From Deltaproteobacteria bacterium (lineage in GTDB: Bacteria; Myxococcota; Kuafuiibacteriia; Kuafuiibacteriales; Kuafuiibacteriaceae): a stretch of DNA of 64,000 bases. The translations under genes were made by a program, and so were the position numbers. Position 1 is the stretch's first letter. Each line of letters starts with the position of its first letter. Under the pieces are notes generated by a model. That model saw nothing but the letters and a program-made list of their open reading frames with translations, was not told the DNA's origin and did no database searches. This document shows, piece by piece, positions 28,457 through 37,569 of the stretch. The stretch spans positions 224,001 to 288,000 of the forward strand of contig JAVJQW010000008.1 of NCBI GenBank assembly GCA_040218735.1, in the 5' to 3' direction.

Positions 28457-30550
28457 TCACCGGCCGGTGTGGCGCTCCTTGCGTGCCCCCTGGTACGGAC
28501 GCCACCACGCGGGGCGCTCGGGGAGCGTGTTCGCGCGGATCTTGCCCTGCCACTGCTCGTCCGTGAGGCGATCCGACACGGGGTGATCGAACTCGTAGTA
28601 GGAGAAGACCGGGCCTACGTAGACCGTCCGGTCATCCTCGTTGTCGATGGCGACGACGAGAAATTGGGTGTCCCCGACCGCGACCTCGCGCACCTTTCCC
28701 CCCTTCGGGTCCGTGTGGACGTCAGCCACCGTCGGGTCCCACTCGGACGCCGAGACACCCCCGCCGTAGAAGATCTGCGGGTACCAGCCGTCGTAGCGCG
28801 GCGGACCGCTGCCGCCGCCGCGTTTGTCGATGGTCTTCTTGAGCCAGTCCTCGTCGGAGCTGGTGAGCGGCTGTGCGGCGAGCTCGCGCTCCGCGATCTT
28901 CGCGAGGCGCTGCATCGTGTCCGCGAGCTGGTCGAAGTACTGGACCTGGCGCGTCTTCATCCAGTCCGCCTTGCCGTAGTCGGCGAGTCGGATCCGGCGC
29001 TGCGCCTCGCGGGCGAGCGCCTCGATCGCGCGGTAGAAGTCCGGGTACGGCTCGACGTAACCGGTCGGGTACTCACAGCTCGGCCACGCGGTGTACGACT
29101 GCTTCGCGTAGAGGATCGTGTCGTGGCGCAGCTCGGCCCAGGACCCGAGCTGGGTTTGGAGCTGTTTCCGATCCCACGCCTCGGAGCGCATCACGCGCGG
29201 GACGTGGCGCCCGTTGGGTTTGTCGTCGAGCGTGCGGAGCGCACCGAGCCACGCGTTGTAGACGTTCGAGCGCCAGTAGGCGGCGGGTTGCTCCGCGACG
29301 AAGGCCCGCGCGGCCTTCAGGTTGCCGGCGTACGGGAACACCTCGAGCTCGGGTGCGAGGAGGCGCGCGGCTTCGTCGTTGCCGAGCGCGGTCATCACGT
29401 CGAGGCCGTTCGGCATCATGCGCATGACCTTCTTGTTCTTGTAGAGGATCGAGTCGAAGACGACCTTCGACAGCACGAAGGAGTCGATCACGAAGCGCTG
29501 GCCGAAGAGCTGGAAGAGGCTCGGCGGTTCGACTTCGATCGTGTCGTGCGGATTGGAGACGACGACCTGCGAGCGGATGGCCTGCTTGCCGTGTTTGGCG
29601 ATCCGTTTCTTCACCTGGTCGAGGTTCTTCGCGCCGTTCATCGCATCGCGGAGCTGGAACGCGGTGAGGTTGTCCGAGGCGCCGACCATGAAGTCGACGA
29701 TGTCGTTCATCGCGCCGAGCTTCTTCAGGCCGCCGGTCTCGTCGACGAGCGCGACGAGGCGCATCGCGCTCGCCAGCTGCCGGTCGGAGTCGGCGATCTC
29801 GAACCCCGTGTCGGCGCGGCCGAGCCACATCATGGCGCGGAAGTAGCGCTTCAGCTGCTCGCTTTTGGTGTAGTGGCCGCGCGGTTTGAACTGCGACCAG
29901 TCGACGGTGCGCTTGCCGCCGTAGATCTGGGTGCCCGGGCCGCGGGGATTCTCGAGCTTCAGCGACTCGACCTTGTCGAGGAGGACCTGCGCGGCTTCGT
30001 CCTGGCCGAGCTTCGAGTGGACGGTGAGCTCCTTGGATCCCGCGAGGAGGTTGAGCGCGACGGTGACGTAGAGGTCGACGTCGTGGTCGGTCTTCTTCGT
30101 GGCGCCGTGGACCTGCGTGAGGACGTCTTGGATCGTGGGCGCGAGGTAGCTCGTCTCGAGCTGCATGAGGATGTCGTCGTAGGACTTGTGGACGGCGTGC
30201 AGGATGGAGTCGGTGGTGATGAACACCGGCATGTCGCGCGCGTAGATCGCGTAGTAACTCGCGCCGAAGCTGTACCGGACGCCGTGGTCGACGGAGACGA
30301 GCCCGTGTTTCTTGAAGATGGCGCGCTCTTCGGAGGTGAGCTTCAGCTCCTTGGCGACGGTGTCGAAGTACTCCGCCTTCGTCGGATCGAACCCGAGCTT
30401 GGCACGGTCGGGTTTGGGGAGCTCTTCGAGGAACGCGGTGCCGCTCAGGTCGGTGAACCGGGTGCGGTAGACGTCGAAGGCGGCGGTGTCCTGCGCGGCG
30501 GCGACGGAGGGGGCGGCGACGAGGAGGGCGACGAGCACGGTGCGCGACAT
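28457..30550 (-). CDS. DUF3160-domain secreted protein
   Basis: 'PVFITTDSILHAVH', 'DWSQFKPRGHYT', 'LGSWAELRHDTILYAKQSY', 'GYVEPYP', 'GPVFSYYEF'; signal peptide MSRTVLVALL. Confidence 0.9.
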   Translation of the reverse strand: MSRTVLVALLVAAPSVAAAQDTAAFDVYRTRFTDLSGTAFLEELPKPDRAKLGFDPTKAEYFDTVAKELKLTSEERAIFKKHGLVSVDHGVRYSFGASYYAIYARDMPVFITTDSILHAVHKSYDDILMQLETSYLAPTIQDVLTQVHGATKKTDHDVDLYVTVALNLLAGSKELTVHSKLGQDEAAQVLLDKVESLKLENPRGPGTQIYGGKRTVDWSQFKPRGHYTKSEQLKRYFRAMMWLGRADTGFEIADSDRQLASAMRLVALVDETGGLKKLGAMNDIVDFMVGASDNLTAFQLRDAMNGAKNLDQVKKRIAKHGKQAIRSQVVVSNPHDTIEVEPPSLFQLFGQRFVIDSFVLSKVVFDSILYKNKKVMRMMPNGLDVMTALGNDEAARLLAPELEVFPYAGNLKAARAFVAEQPAAYWRSNVYNAWLGALRTLDDKPNGRHVPRVMRSEAWDRKQLQTQLGSWAELRHDTILYAKQSYTAWPSCEYPTGYVEPYPDFYRAIEALAREAQRRIRLADYGKADWMKTRQVQYFDQLADTMQRLAKIAERELAAQPLTSSDEDWLKKTIDKRGGGSGPPRYDGWYPQIFYGGGVSASEWDPTVADVHTDPKGGKVREVAVGDTQFLVVAIDNEDDRTVYVGPVFSYYEFDHPVSDRLTDEQWQGKIRANTLPERPAWWRPYQGARKERHTGR

Positions 30551-30640
30551 GAGGGCGTGAACGTACGGGAGGCCCCGAGGATCTGACAGGCGAGTGACCG
30601 CCGCCGCACCGAGCGCATTCGGTGGTAGGTAACGGGGAGG

Positions 30641-30892
30641 ATGGGGCGGAGGGTCGTCGTCGTCGCGCTGATGGGAGCGCTCGCGGGGTGCCCGGTGGAG
30701 GACGCGGAGTGCTTCGGGAACGATGAGTGCCCCGGTGAGACGCGGTGCCTGGGGCGGGTTTGCGTGGCGCGCGACGGGGGAAGCGCCCGCGACGGCGGAG
30801 CCGCCCGGGACGCCGGAGGCGATGCGGGTCAGCGTGACGCCGCCGTCGGCGACGCGGGCGCGAGCGACGCGGGGGCCTCCGACGGCGGCTGA
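30641..30892 (+). CDS. Small Cys-rich lipoprotein with an RDGG/DAG tail
   Basis: Lipobox LAGC; 'ECFGNDECPGETRCLGRVCV'; GGGGAGG upstream. Confidence 0.75.
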   Translation: MGRRVVVVALMGALAGCPVEDAECFGNDECPGETRCLGRVCVARDGGSARDGGAARDAGGDAGQRDAAVGDAGASDAGASDGG

Positions 30893-31065
30893 GGCGCCGG
30901 GCGCGCCCCCTCCATCCGAAGAATTCGAATTCACATGCCACGTTCCCAACTCCCAAATCTCGGATTTACGACCGGGAAGTCGAAAGCCGCCGCTAGGACC
31001 GGGGAACAACAAATTCGAATCGTCGCGCGCGCACCGGATCCACCTCTTTTACCGATAACCCCACC

Positions 31066-32217
31066 ATGCCCCTCCAGGTCAGCCGGCGCGTCCACGCGAC
31101 CACGGTCGACCCGTCCCCCCACCTCCAGCTCCGCCCCTTCCTCCTCCCTCCCCTCGTCCCCCCGCTCCTGAGCAAAGCCGCCGAGGCCCCCTCCGGATCC
31201 CCCGCCGCGCTCGGCGCGATGGCCACGCTCGACGTCCGCACGGGCCAGGACCTCCGCACCGCCGCCCGCATCGCGCATCTGCGCGCGATGCGCGTCGCCG
31301 CCCAGCGCGCGCTCGCCGCCGGGGCGCCGGTCGAAGATGTGCAGCAGGGGGTGAGCCGCGCGATCGAGGAGGTGTTCGTCGACATCGTGGAGGCCGACCT
31401 CGAGCGCCACCCGCCGCCCGGTCGCTTCGCGGTGGCGGTGTTGGGATCCGTCGCGGCGCGCGAGTCGGCGACGCACTCCGACGTCGACGCCGCGCTCGTC
31501 CTCGAGGACGCCGCGCACTACCCGTGGTTCGAGGCGGCGGTGGATCGCTGGCGCATGGCGTTGACCGCGCTCGGCGAGCCGTCCGGTGTGACGTTCTGCG
31601 ACCAGGCCTCCCCGGTCGGCCGGTTCCGCGACGCCGTCTTCGGCGACGTCGACCAGATCGCGTCGACGTGGTCCGACCCCGAGCGCGGCGCTCGCTACCG
31701 GCGCGGCGTGCGCGAAGGGCGCTTCGTGCTCGGCGACGCGAAGCTCGTGTCGAGCCTCGGTCGCCGCATCGCCGCGGCGCGAACCCCCGAGGTCCGTCAG
31801 GACCGCGCCGAGCGGGACGTCGCCGAGGCGACGGAGAACCTCTCGCGCTTCGCACGCGCGACGCCGTTCGAGCAGACCGTCCCCTTGCGCGCCGTCCGCA
31901 AGGCGATCGTCACGTTGCTACGCGGCCTCGCGGACCGCGCGGGGATCGTCGCGACCAACGCGTTCGAGCGCGCCGACGCGCTGCGCGACGCGAAGGTCCT
32001 CGACGCCACCCAGCACGCCGCGATTCGCGAGCTCCTGGAGGAGGTCGGTCGCTTCCGCCTCCTGACGCAGCTCAAGGCGAACTGCTCCATGGACGAGGCA
32101 ATGACGCTCGACCTCATCGACGACGTGCTGCCGAAGAGCCTGGATCCGCGACCCGACCTCGGCGCGGTCGCCGAGCGCTGGGTCGCGTTGTTTCGTGGGT
32201 TGGCCGAGCTCCGCTGA
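31066..32217 (+). CDS. Stand-alone Pol-beta-superfamily nucleotidyltransferase (DUF294/GlnE-like)
   Basis: 'RFAVAVLGSVAARESATHSDVDAALVL' (GS-x10-DxD), 'RFVLGD', helical C-terminus 'LADRAGIVATNAFERADAL'. Confidence 0.75.
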   Translation: MPLQVSRRVHATTVDPSPHLQLRPFLLPPLVPPLLSKAAEAPSGSPAALGAMATLDVRTGQDLRTAARIAHLRAMRVAAQRALAAGAPVEDVQQGVSRAIEEVFVDIVEADLERHPPPGRFAVAVLGSVAARESATHSDVDAALVLEDAAHYPWFEAAVDRWRMALTALGEPSGVTFCDQASPVGRFRDAVFGDVDQIASTWSDPERGARYRRGVREGRFVLGDAKLVSSLGRRIAAARTPEVRQDRAERDVAEATENLSRFARATPFEQTVPLRAVRKAIVTLLRGLADRAGIVATNAFERADALRDAKVLDATQHAAIRELLEEVGRFRLLTQLKANCSMDEAMTLDLIDDVLPKSLDPRPDLGAVAERWVALFRGLAELR

Positions 32218-32229
32218 GCTCCGGCCGAC

Positions 32230-32820
32230 TCAGTCTTCGTCGTCCTCTTCGACTTCGAAGACGCGGATCTTGCGCTCGGCGCCCTCGCCCTCGCTCTCGG
32301 AGCTGACGCCGTCGATGTTCTTGATGAAGTTGTGGACGACCCACCGCTCCTTCGAGTTCATCGCGTCGAGGATCACGTCCTCGCCGTCCTCCAGCACGCA
32401 GTTGACCGCCTCCTGGGCGATCGCCTCGAAGTGCTCGTGGTCGACGCCTTCGGGTTTGTCACCGCGCGGGCGCCGGCCGCGTCCACCGCGGCCCCGATCC
32501 CGATCCCGGTCCCGACCACCGCGACCTCGGTCGCGTCCGCCGCGGTCGCGATCCCGGCCTCGGCCTCGATCCCGGTCTCGACCACCGCGATCGCCGCGAT
32601 CCCGGCCACGGCCTTCGGAGCGCGGGGCGGCCTCGGGCTGCTTGTCCGCCATCCCCTGGACGGCGACGACGTAGCACTGGCGCTCTTTGAGACCCTCGAT
32701 GGTGACCCCATCGAGCTTACGAATCTCGAGCTGGTCCTTATCGACTTCGAAGTGCGCGGCGGCCTTGTCGAGCGCCTCGTCTTCGGAGGTCGCGAAGTAC
32801 TCTTTCTCGTAGATCTTCAC
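32230..32820 (-). CDS. Jag/KhpB-like RNA-binding protein (Jag_N, RG/RD-rich linker, R3H)
   Basis: 'ATSEDEALDKAAAHFEVDKDQLEI'; R3H 'MNSKERWVVHN...SESEGEGAERKIRV'. Confidence 0.8.
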   Translation of the reverse strand: MKIYEKEYFATSEDEALDKAAAHFEVDKDQLEIRKLDGVTIEGLKERQCYVVAVQGMADKQPEAAPRSEGRGRDRGDRGGRDRDRGRGRDRDRGGRDRGRGGRDRDRDRGRGGRGRRPRGDKPEGVDHEHFEAIAQEAVNCVLEDGEDVILDAMNSKERWVVHNFIKNIDGVSSESEGEGAERKIRVFEVEEDDED

Positions 32821-32854
32821 TGACCGGCCTCCGTAGCACACCCGCTCGGGTCCG

Positions 32855-34042
32855 TCACGCGCGCCGATCGAACCACGCGCCGATCGTCGCTTCGTAGTGC
32901 GTTTCGTACAGCCGGCTCAGGGTCAGGAACATCGTGACCACCAGCGGCCCGTACAGGATCCCGATGACGCCGAAGACGGAGAGGCCGCCGATCAGGCTCA
33001 GGAAGATGAGGAGGTTGTGCATCTTCATGTGCGAGCCGATCAGCCGCGTCTTCACTACGTTCTCCACGAACAGCGCCTGCACCGTGTTGACCGCGAGGAA
33101 CGCGACCGCCGCGAGGGGGCGGCCGGTCAGCGCCATGAACACCGAGGCCGGGATGACGACCACCATGATCCCCGCGAGCGGGAGGAACGCGAAGATGGTC
33201 ATCACCGTCCCCCAGAGCACCGCCGAGGGGAGGCCGAACGCCGCCATCGTCAGGCCGCCGATCACCCCCTGGATCAGGCTGCCGATCCCGTTGCCGAAGA
33301 GGATCGCTCGGCCGACGGATCCGAACTGCGTCGCGATCAGCTCCTCCTCGTGCGTGGGCAGCGGCGACAGCCGGTAGATGTAGCGCTTGAGCTTCCCCCC
33401 GTCGATCAACAGGTAGAAGACCATCACCATCATCATCACGAAGTGAAAGAGGATCGCGAAGACGTTGCCGAGGATCGTGTTGATCTGACCACCAAGGAAG
33501 GTCGCCGCCGCGCCCGCCGCGCCCGTCGCCAGGTCCCGTAGGGCCTTCGGTGAGTACTCCACACCCGCGAAGTCCGCCGCGCGTCGCACGGTCCGCGCGA
33601 CCGGTGAGTCGCCGAACAAGAACTCTTCGAGGACCGCGACGGACTCACCGACACGATCGAACGCCACGACGGCCTCGGCCGAGAGGCTCCCGACCAGGAA
33701 GGCCGTGGGGATGAGTACGAGGAACACGATGACCACACACACCAACGACGAGGCCAACCAGGGCCTCTTCAGCCTGGGCATGAACCACTGGTAGAGCGGG
33801 CGCGACAGGTACACGAACAGCAGCGCGAGGATGATGTCGGTGACGAAGTCGAAGAAGACGTAGATGAACGCCGCGATCGTCCCGAGGAAGAGGATGAGGA
33901 AGAAGCTGATCGCGAGGGACTCGGGGCCCCCCTCGTCCTTCGCATTGCCGGGGGCGGGGAGGTTGGCGTCGAGCTCCGCGGCGAGCGGCGCGACGGGCGT
34001 CTTCGGCGGGATCTGGGGATGCGGCGGGAACTCTTCGGCCAT
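32855..34042 (-). CDS. AI-2E family transporter
   Basis: 'FYLLIDG', 'SLIQGVIGG', 'ENVVKTRLIG...LIFLSLIGGLSVFGVIGILYGP'. Confidence 0.92.
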   Translation of the reverse strand: MAEEFPPHPQIPPKTPVAPLAAELDANLPAPGNAKDEGGPESLAISFFLILFLGTIAAFIYVFFDFVTDIILALLFVYLSRPLYQWFMPRLKRPWLASSLVCVVIVFLVLIPTAFLVGSLSAEAVVAFDRVGESVAVLEEFLFGDSPVARTVRRAADFAGVEYSPKALRDLATGAAGAAATFLGGQINTILGNVFAILFHFVMMMVMVFYLLIDGGKLKRYIYRLSPLPTHEEELIATQFGSVGRAILFGNGIGSLIQGVIGGLTMAAFGLPSAVLWGTVMTIFAFLPLAGIMVVVIPASVFMALTGRPLAAVAFLAVNTVQALFVENVVKTRLIGSHMKMHNLLIFLSLIGGLSVFGVIGILYGPLVVTMFLTLSRLYETHYEATIGAWFDRRA

Positions 34043-34061
34043 CGACCGTCTCCTCCCGCGT

Positions 34062-35702
34062 TCAGCGCGGGCCCTTCATCGGGGGCAACGGTAACACGGG
34101 CGGCCGGTAGTAACGTGTCGTCGCGCGCTGCAGCTCCAACTCGTCGACCAACATCGACGGCGCCACCGTGCTCACCGGGACACTACCGCTCTCCGCGTAG
34201 CAGTAGCTGTTGTCGACCTCGTAGTCGCGGCCGAACGCGCGGATGCGCTGAATCGCCGCGAGCGGCGTGCCGATGAAGTTCACGTTCCGCACCCGCTCCT
34301 CGTGGCCCGTCTTGGGATCGACGCGGTACACCTCGGTCGGCACGCCCTTGAACGCCTGGAAGTCGTAGTGGTCGGTGCGCGTCTCGCCGCTCGAGACACG
34401 CTTCACGATGATCCCGTGCGGAAGGTTCTTCTTCGTCACCGCTTCGAGGAGTTTGTCCTTCAGCTCGTCCCAGGAGTGGCGCTGATCGCTCTTCACCACG
34501 AGGTTCGCCATGCGCGCCATCGGGTCTTGATACCGCTCGTGCCGACCGTGCCCGTTCGAACGTTTGATCCCCTTCGCGCAGGCGCGACTCATCAAGAAGG
34601 TCTGGAGCACGCCGTCCTTCACGAGCTCGACCGGTCGCGCCGCGACACCCTCGTCGTCCACCTCGTAGTGACCGAAGAGCGGCTTGCCCTCCCACGTCGC
34701 GAGCGTGGGATCGTCGATGAGATCCACGCCGTCCGGGAGGATCTTCTTGCCGACCTTCTCCGCGAACGTCTGCCCCTCGGTGCGGGAGATCATCCGCTCG
34801 CCCTCCAGGCGGTGACCGATGGCTTCGTGGAACACCAGCCCGGTCGCGAGCCCGGACATCAGCGCCGGCCCGGCGTAGGGCTCCATGGGTTCGGCCTTCG
34901 CGAGGCTCAGGAGGTCCTCGTGAATCTCGTCGATCGCGCGCTCGACCTCGCTGAGTTTGGGGAGCTGCTTGGGATCCGTCGCCTGGAAATACCGCGCCGA
35001 GTGCAGGTACACGCCGTCCTTCGTGAGGTACCAGGCGTTGATGATGACTTCGTAGTAGTTCTCCTGCGCGATGAACTTCGAGCCCTCGGAGTTCACGAAC
35101 ACGCGGCACCGCGTCGCGCCGCGGATGCGGACGTAGGGGTCGACCAGGTTCTTGTAGCGCTTGAACAACCCCGACGCACGCGCGACGAAGTCCTCCCACC
35201 GCTTCTGTGAGAACTTGGGCGCCTCCAGCGGGCGGTTCCGAACGAGTTTGTCCTCCTTCGAGAACGAAGGCGCCTCCGCCTTCAGGCGCTGCTCCACGAG
35301 GATCTTCTTCTTGTCGTAGTAGTCGTGCAGCGCTTCCCAGTATTTCAGCTGGGTGAGTTTCCAGAACGCGTAGCGCACCGCCTCCGGATCCGCGTCCTTC
35401 GGGCCGACCAACCAGTTGTAGGACTCGCGGTCGTAGAGGTCCGTCGTGAGCGAGCCGTCGACGGTCTGGTCCAGCCGGTACGAACCCACCCGAATCTCCG
35501 AATACAACTCACAGGCCTCGATGGGTTCCGCGTTGAAGACGGCACCGTACCGACCCCAGACGTCCATGCCGCGCGTCCAGTGGAGCAGATACGACATGAA
35601 GAACGGCTTGGGGTGCCCAGCCAGCTTCATGCCCTTCATCGAACGACGGAGCTCCTGCCCCATCACGCGCTGCACGGCGCGGCTCTTGTCGGTGTCGAGC
35701 AT
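34062..35702 (-). CDS. TldD/PmbA-family metalloprotease (TldD type)
   Basis: 'VFHEAIGHRLEGE', 'DDEGV', 'SNGHGR', 'ARMANL', 'CYAESGSVPVS'; start overlaps the OPT stop (TGATG). Confidence 0.9.
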   Translation of the reverse strand: MLDTDKSRAVQRVMGQELRRSMKGMKLAGHPKPFFMSYLLHWTRGMDVWGRYGAVFNAEPIEACELYSEIRVGSYRLDQTVDGSLTTDLYDRESYNWLVGPKDADPEAVRYAFWKLTQLKYWEALHDYYDKKKILVEQRLKAEAPSFSKEDKLVRNRPLEAPKFSQKRWEDFVARASGLFKRYKNLVDPYVRIRGATRCRVFVNSEGSKFIAQENYYEVIINAWYLTKDGVYLHSARYFQATDPKQLPKLSEVERAIDEIHEDLLSLAKAEPMEPYAGPALMSGLATGLVFHEAIGHRLEGERMISRTEGQTFAEKVGKKILPDGVDLIDDPTLATWEGKPLFGHYEVDDEGVAARPVELVKDGVLQTFLMSRACAKGIKRSNGHGRHERYQDPMARMANLVVKSDQRHSWDELKDKLLEAVTKKNLPHGIIVKRVSSGETRTDHYDFQAFKGVPTEVYRVDPKTGHEERVRNVNFIGTPLAAIQRIRAFGRDYEVDNSYCYAESGSVPVSTVAPSMLVDELELQRATTRYYRPPVLPLPPMKGPR

Positions 35703-37543
35703 CAGGTGCGCTTCCCCATGTTGAACAGGTAGTAGCCGAGCGCGGCGAACAGCAGCAGCCCGACGATCGTGGGTAGCTCCACGCCGAACCCGGGAGGTTT
35801 GGAGCCGGTGAAGAAGCCGTACGCCGAGAGACCGACGCCGACGAACCCGACGCCCGCGACGAGCCCGGACGCCGCGAGCACGCCCGCGTCGGCGCCTTCG
35901 TTCTCGGTCTTCTGCGCGCCGCGCTTGACGATCATGCTGATGATTCCGCCCGCGAGGATCGGCGTCATCGTCGAGAGTGGGAGGTAGAGGCCGACGGCCA
36001 CCGCGAGCGGCGGGAGCCGCAGCACGATCGGGATCAGCGTCAACGCCGCGCCGAGCAGGAACAGCCCCCACGGCACGCGCGCCTCGAGCACACCTTCGAC
36101 GATCGTCTGCATGAGGGTGCCCTGCGGCGCCGGCAGCTCCTTGCTGCCGAACTGGTACTGCCCGGCGAGGAGGATGATCGCCCCGGAGACGAACGTGATC
36201 GCGGTGAGGATGCCGACGATCTCACCGATCTGCTGCGACCGCGGCGTCGCCCCCACGATGAAGCCGGTCTTGAGATCCTGACTCACGTCTCCGGCCATCG
36301 AAGCGGCGACACACACCACGGTGCCCACGGTGAGCGCGGTGGTCTTGCCGACCATGTCGGTCCAGCCGAGCGCGTAGAAGACGAGCGACGTGCCGAGCAG
36401 CGTCACGATCGTCATGCCGGACGTCGGGTTCGAAGACACGCCGACCAGCCCCACGATGCGCGAGGACACCGTCACGAAGAGGAACGCGAAGATGCCGACG
36501 CCGAGCGCGCCCACGATGCGGAGCGGGATGCCCGCGTTTCGGCCGAGCACCTGCGGCGCCACCGCGACGACCACGAGCACGGCCGCGACGATCCCGAGCA
36601 CCACGCGCATGTCGAGGTCGCGCTCCGTCGAGGCCACCTCCTCGTCCGAGCTGCGGTTCTTGAGGTGCTCGAGGCCGGCCTTCAGCGAGCGCACCATCAT
36701 CGGCGCGGACTGCACGATCGTGTAGACACCCGCGGTCGCGACGCCGCCCGCGCCGACATAGCGGATGTAGTTGTTCCAGATCTTCGACGGCGACAGCTCG
36801 CCGAGCCCGGTGGGCGGCGTGGAGAAGAGGAACAACAGCGACGACTCGCCGAACGCGGCGAACGCCGGGATGAGGATCAGCCAGGACACCGCCGCGCCGA
36901 GCACCATCAACAACCCGATGCGCGGGCCGAGGATGTAACCGACGCCGAGGAGCGCGGGCGACAGCTCCATGCCGGCTTCGGCTTTGCCGAACCGCACCGC
37001 GGCTTCGCCGTGCCACATCTTCCCGAAGCTCGAGAGGAACTTGAACAGCGCGCCGAGCCCGAGGCCGACGAACACCGGCCGCGCCGAGGCGCCCCCCGCG
37101 TCGGCGGCGCGCAGCACGTTCGCGCACGCGGTGCCCTCCGGGTAGGGGAGGTTGTCGGCTTCCTCGACGATCAACGCGCGCCGCAGCGGCACCATGATCA
37201 GCACGCCGAGCAGGCCGCCGCAGCCGCCGAGGACGATGAGTTGGAGCAGCTCGGGATCTTGGCCCCACAGGAACAACGCCGGCGTCGTGAAGATCAGACC
37301 GGACGCGAGTGAGCTCGAAGCCGAGCCCACCGTCTGGGACATGTTCGCTTCGAGGACGCTGCTCCCCTCGCGCTTCGACAGCGCCGAGAAGATCGCCACG
37401 GTCATCACCGCGACCGGGATCGAGGTCGAGACGGTCAGCCCGACCTTCAGCCCGATGTATGCGTTGGCGGCGCCGAACAGGATCCCGAGGAAGATGCCCG
37501 TGGCGATCGAGCGTGCGGTCAGCTCCTTCAACCGGCCCGACAT
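35702..37543 (-). CDS. OPT-family oligopeptide transporter
   Basis: 'ANAYIGLKVGLTVSTSIP', 'LPYPEGTAC', 'SSNPTSGMTI', 'QDLKTG', 'PAPQ'. Confidence 0.95.
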   Translation of the reverse strand: MSGRLKELTARSIATGIFLGILFGAANAYIGLKVGLTVSTSIPVAVMTVAIFSALSKREGSSVLEANMSQTVGSASSSLASGLIFTTPALFLWGQDPELLQLIVLGGCGGLLGVLIMVPLRRALIVEEADNLPYPEGTACANVLRAADAGGASARPVFVGLGLGALFKFLSSFGKMWHGEAAVRFGKAEAGMELSPALLGVGYILGPRIGLLMVLGAAVSWLILIPAFAAFGESSLLFLFSTPPTGLGELSPSKIWNNYIRYVGAGGVATAGVYTIVQSAPMMVRSLKAGLEHLKNRSSDEEVASTERDLDMRVVLGIVAAVLVVVAVAPQVLGRNAGIPLRIVGALGVGIFAFLFVTVSSRIVGLVGVSSNPTSGMTIVTLLGTSLVFYALGWTDMVGKTTALTVGTVVCVAASMAGDVSQDLKTGFIVGATPRSQQIGEIVGILTAITFVSGAIILLAGQYQFGSKELPAPQGTLMQTIVEGVLEARVPWGLFLLGAALTLIPIVLRLPPLAVAVGLYLPLSTMTPILAGGIISMIVKRGAQKTENEGADAGVLAASGLVAGVGFVGVGLSAYGFFTGSKPPGFGVELPTIVGLLLFAALGYYLFNMGKRT

Positions 37544-37569
37544 ACAACGGGCGACCGGACCGGTAAACC

